The notes below the pieces were generated by a model. It saw only the letters and a list, made by a program, of their open reading frames with translations, did no database searches and was not told where the DNA came from. Below, in pieces: positions 62,643-64,000 of a DNA stretch of 64,000 bases. The position numbers and the translations under genes are program-made. The DNA is from Carcharhinus longimanus (Eukaryota). The DNA is taken from the NCBI GenBank assembly GCA_030264375.1, contig JASCQW010000119.1, positions 47,445,287 through 47,509,286 of the forward strand, in the 5' to 3' direction. How positions within the stretch are numbered: position 1 is the stretch's first letter; each line of letters starts with the position of its first letter.

Positions 62643-62915
62643 GGTGACATGGCAGGCACAATGGTTAGCACTGCTGCCTCAGCACCAGGGACCGGGTTCA
62701 ATTCCAACCTCGAGTGACTGACAGTGGAGTTTGCATGTTGACACCGTGTCTGTGTGGGTTTTCTCTGGGTGCTCCGGTTTCCTTCCACATTCTAAAGATG
62801 TGCGGGTTAGGTGCATTGGCCATTATAAATTCCCACTTAGTGTCAGGGTAAATTTGTAGGGTTACAGGCTCAATGGGCTGCATGGCCTCCTTCTACACTA
62901 GGAATTCTATGATTT
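62643..62915 (+). mobile_element. HE1-like V-SINE
   Basis: ggcacaatggttagcactgctgcctcagcaccagggaccgggttcaattcc...ggcctccttctacactaggaattctatgatt. Confidence 0.8.
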
Positions 62916-63609
62916 CGACAGTAAACTGTAGTATTATTTTATGCTCACAGTCAGCAAAGACGTAGCAGCCACAGAATGATTTGACTAAGTTTATGCAAAA
63001 GCTAAAGATACTAAACTGTTAGTGAAATCCAGCAGCGTATAATAATAATTACACAATAACAGTGCACACCACGTCCACATGATGCTAATCTAATAGCTGA
63101 GTTTTGCGATTTGTAGCTACGTCTTGTAGAGAAAAACAAACATTTTTATTCTTTATACTGTGCATCATCAAACCAAACGTCTTTATGCATAGAATTATGT
63201 AATGCATGTCCAACTTCACTTTTTCTTCAAAGAATTAGATAGAAATCACAACAGGTCATCCCGCTCCACTAGTTCATATTGTTACTTATGCTCTCCACAA
63301 ACATCCCTCATCTGCCTGTTTCCAGATCCCTTTAACTCTGTTCCTAACCTATTCCCGAAAGTTGACAACTTCTGCTTCAATTGCCAACCACTGCACTATT
63401 TGCGACTTCCTTTAACATGCTGCAGCAAAGGATTCATCGCAAGGAGAAGGAACACCAAAAACTGACAATTGAGTTTTAAACCCCAGCTCAATCCAGTACA
63501 AAACTGTTTACAAGATTGCCAGTCTGCACACCCAGAAACTCATATATACACCCCTGTGCCACGATCAGTTTCAATTATGGTAACGGTTTCCGTTGCCTGA
63601 TGTCCCCGC

Positions 63610-64000
63610 AGTGTTAATGGCGGTCCTTGACATCAAGGCAACATTTGACCGAGTGTGGCATCGAGGAGTCAATGGGAATCACGGTGAAAACTCTCTGCTG
63701 GTTAGTGTCAAACCTGGCACAAAAGGTGGTTGGAAGTCAATCATCTCAATTCCAGAACATTGCTGCACAAGTTCCTCAGGGCAGTGTCCTAGGCCCATCA
63801 CCTTCAGCTGCTTCAGCAAATGACCTTCCTAAGATAAGATCAGAGGTGGAAATGTTCACTTATGATTGCACAATGTTCAGTATCATTCGCAACTCCCCAG
63901 GTACTGAAGTCATCCATATTCAAATGCAGCAAGACCTGAACAATATTCAGATTTGCACTGACAAGTGTCAAGTAACTCTCATGCCAGGCAATAACCACCT
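63610..64000 (+). mobile_element. CR1-clade LINE (second family) RT fragment, runs off the window
   Basis: AVLDIKATFDRVWHRG, VPQGSVLGPITFSCF, MFTYDCTMFS, MQQDLNNIQ. Confidence 0.8.

Noticed and set aside
1-64000. CRISPR arrays, operons or other prokaryotic systems
   Set aside because: Spliced vertebrate gene and vertebrate retroelements; no regularly spaced repeat-spacer array.

Overview
Vertebrate genomic DNA, almost certainly a shark (inferred from HE1/V-SINE, Deu-domain SINE, CR1/HER1 and Penelope repeat content), from a gapped draft assembly with nine N-runs. The one protein-coding gene is a minus-strand PLAG-family C2H2 zinc-finger gene, best called plagl2: coding exons 24118-23859 and 8236-6991 splice to a 501-aa, seven-finger protein. 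It has a ~15.6 kb coding intron, a probable ~4.4 kb 3'UTR, a well-bounded 5'UTR exon at 33419-33293 and a candidate micro-exon at 61854-61816. No CpG island, first exon or neighbouring gene is visible. The rest is intronic sequence filled with decayed retroelements. Most notable: (1) a ~240 bp TSD-flanked retroposon whose head is the 5' end of U2 snRNA; (2) a 17-codon uORF resembling, from memory, the one in the human PLAG1 leader; (3) Penelope termini with hammerhead-ribozyme folds showing covarying stem II; (4) an intact zinc finger 1 and a let-7 8mer inside the CDS; (5) V-SINEs with two different LINE tails. Repeat boundaries are approximate, and family names come from recognition rather than database search.
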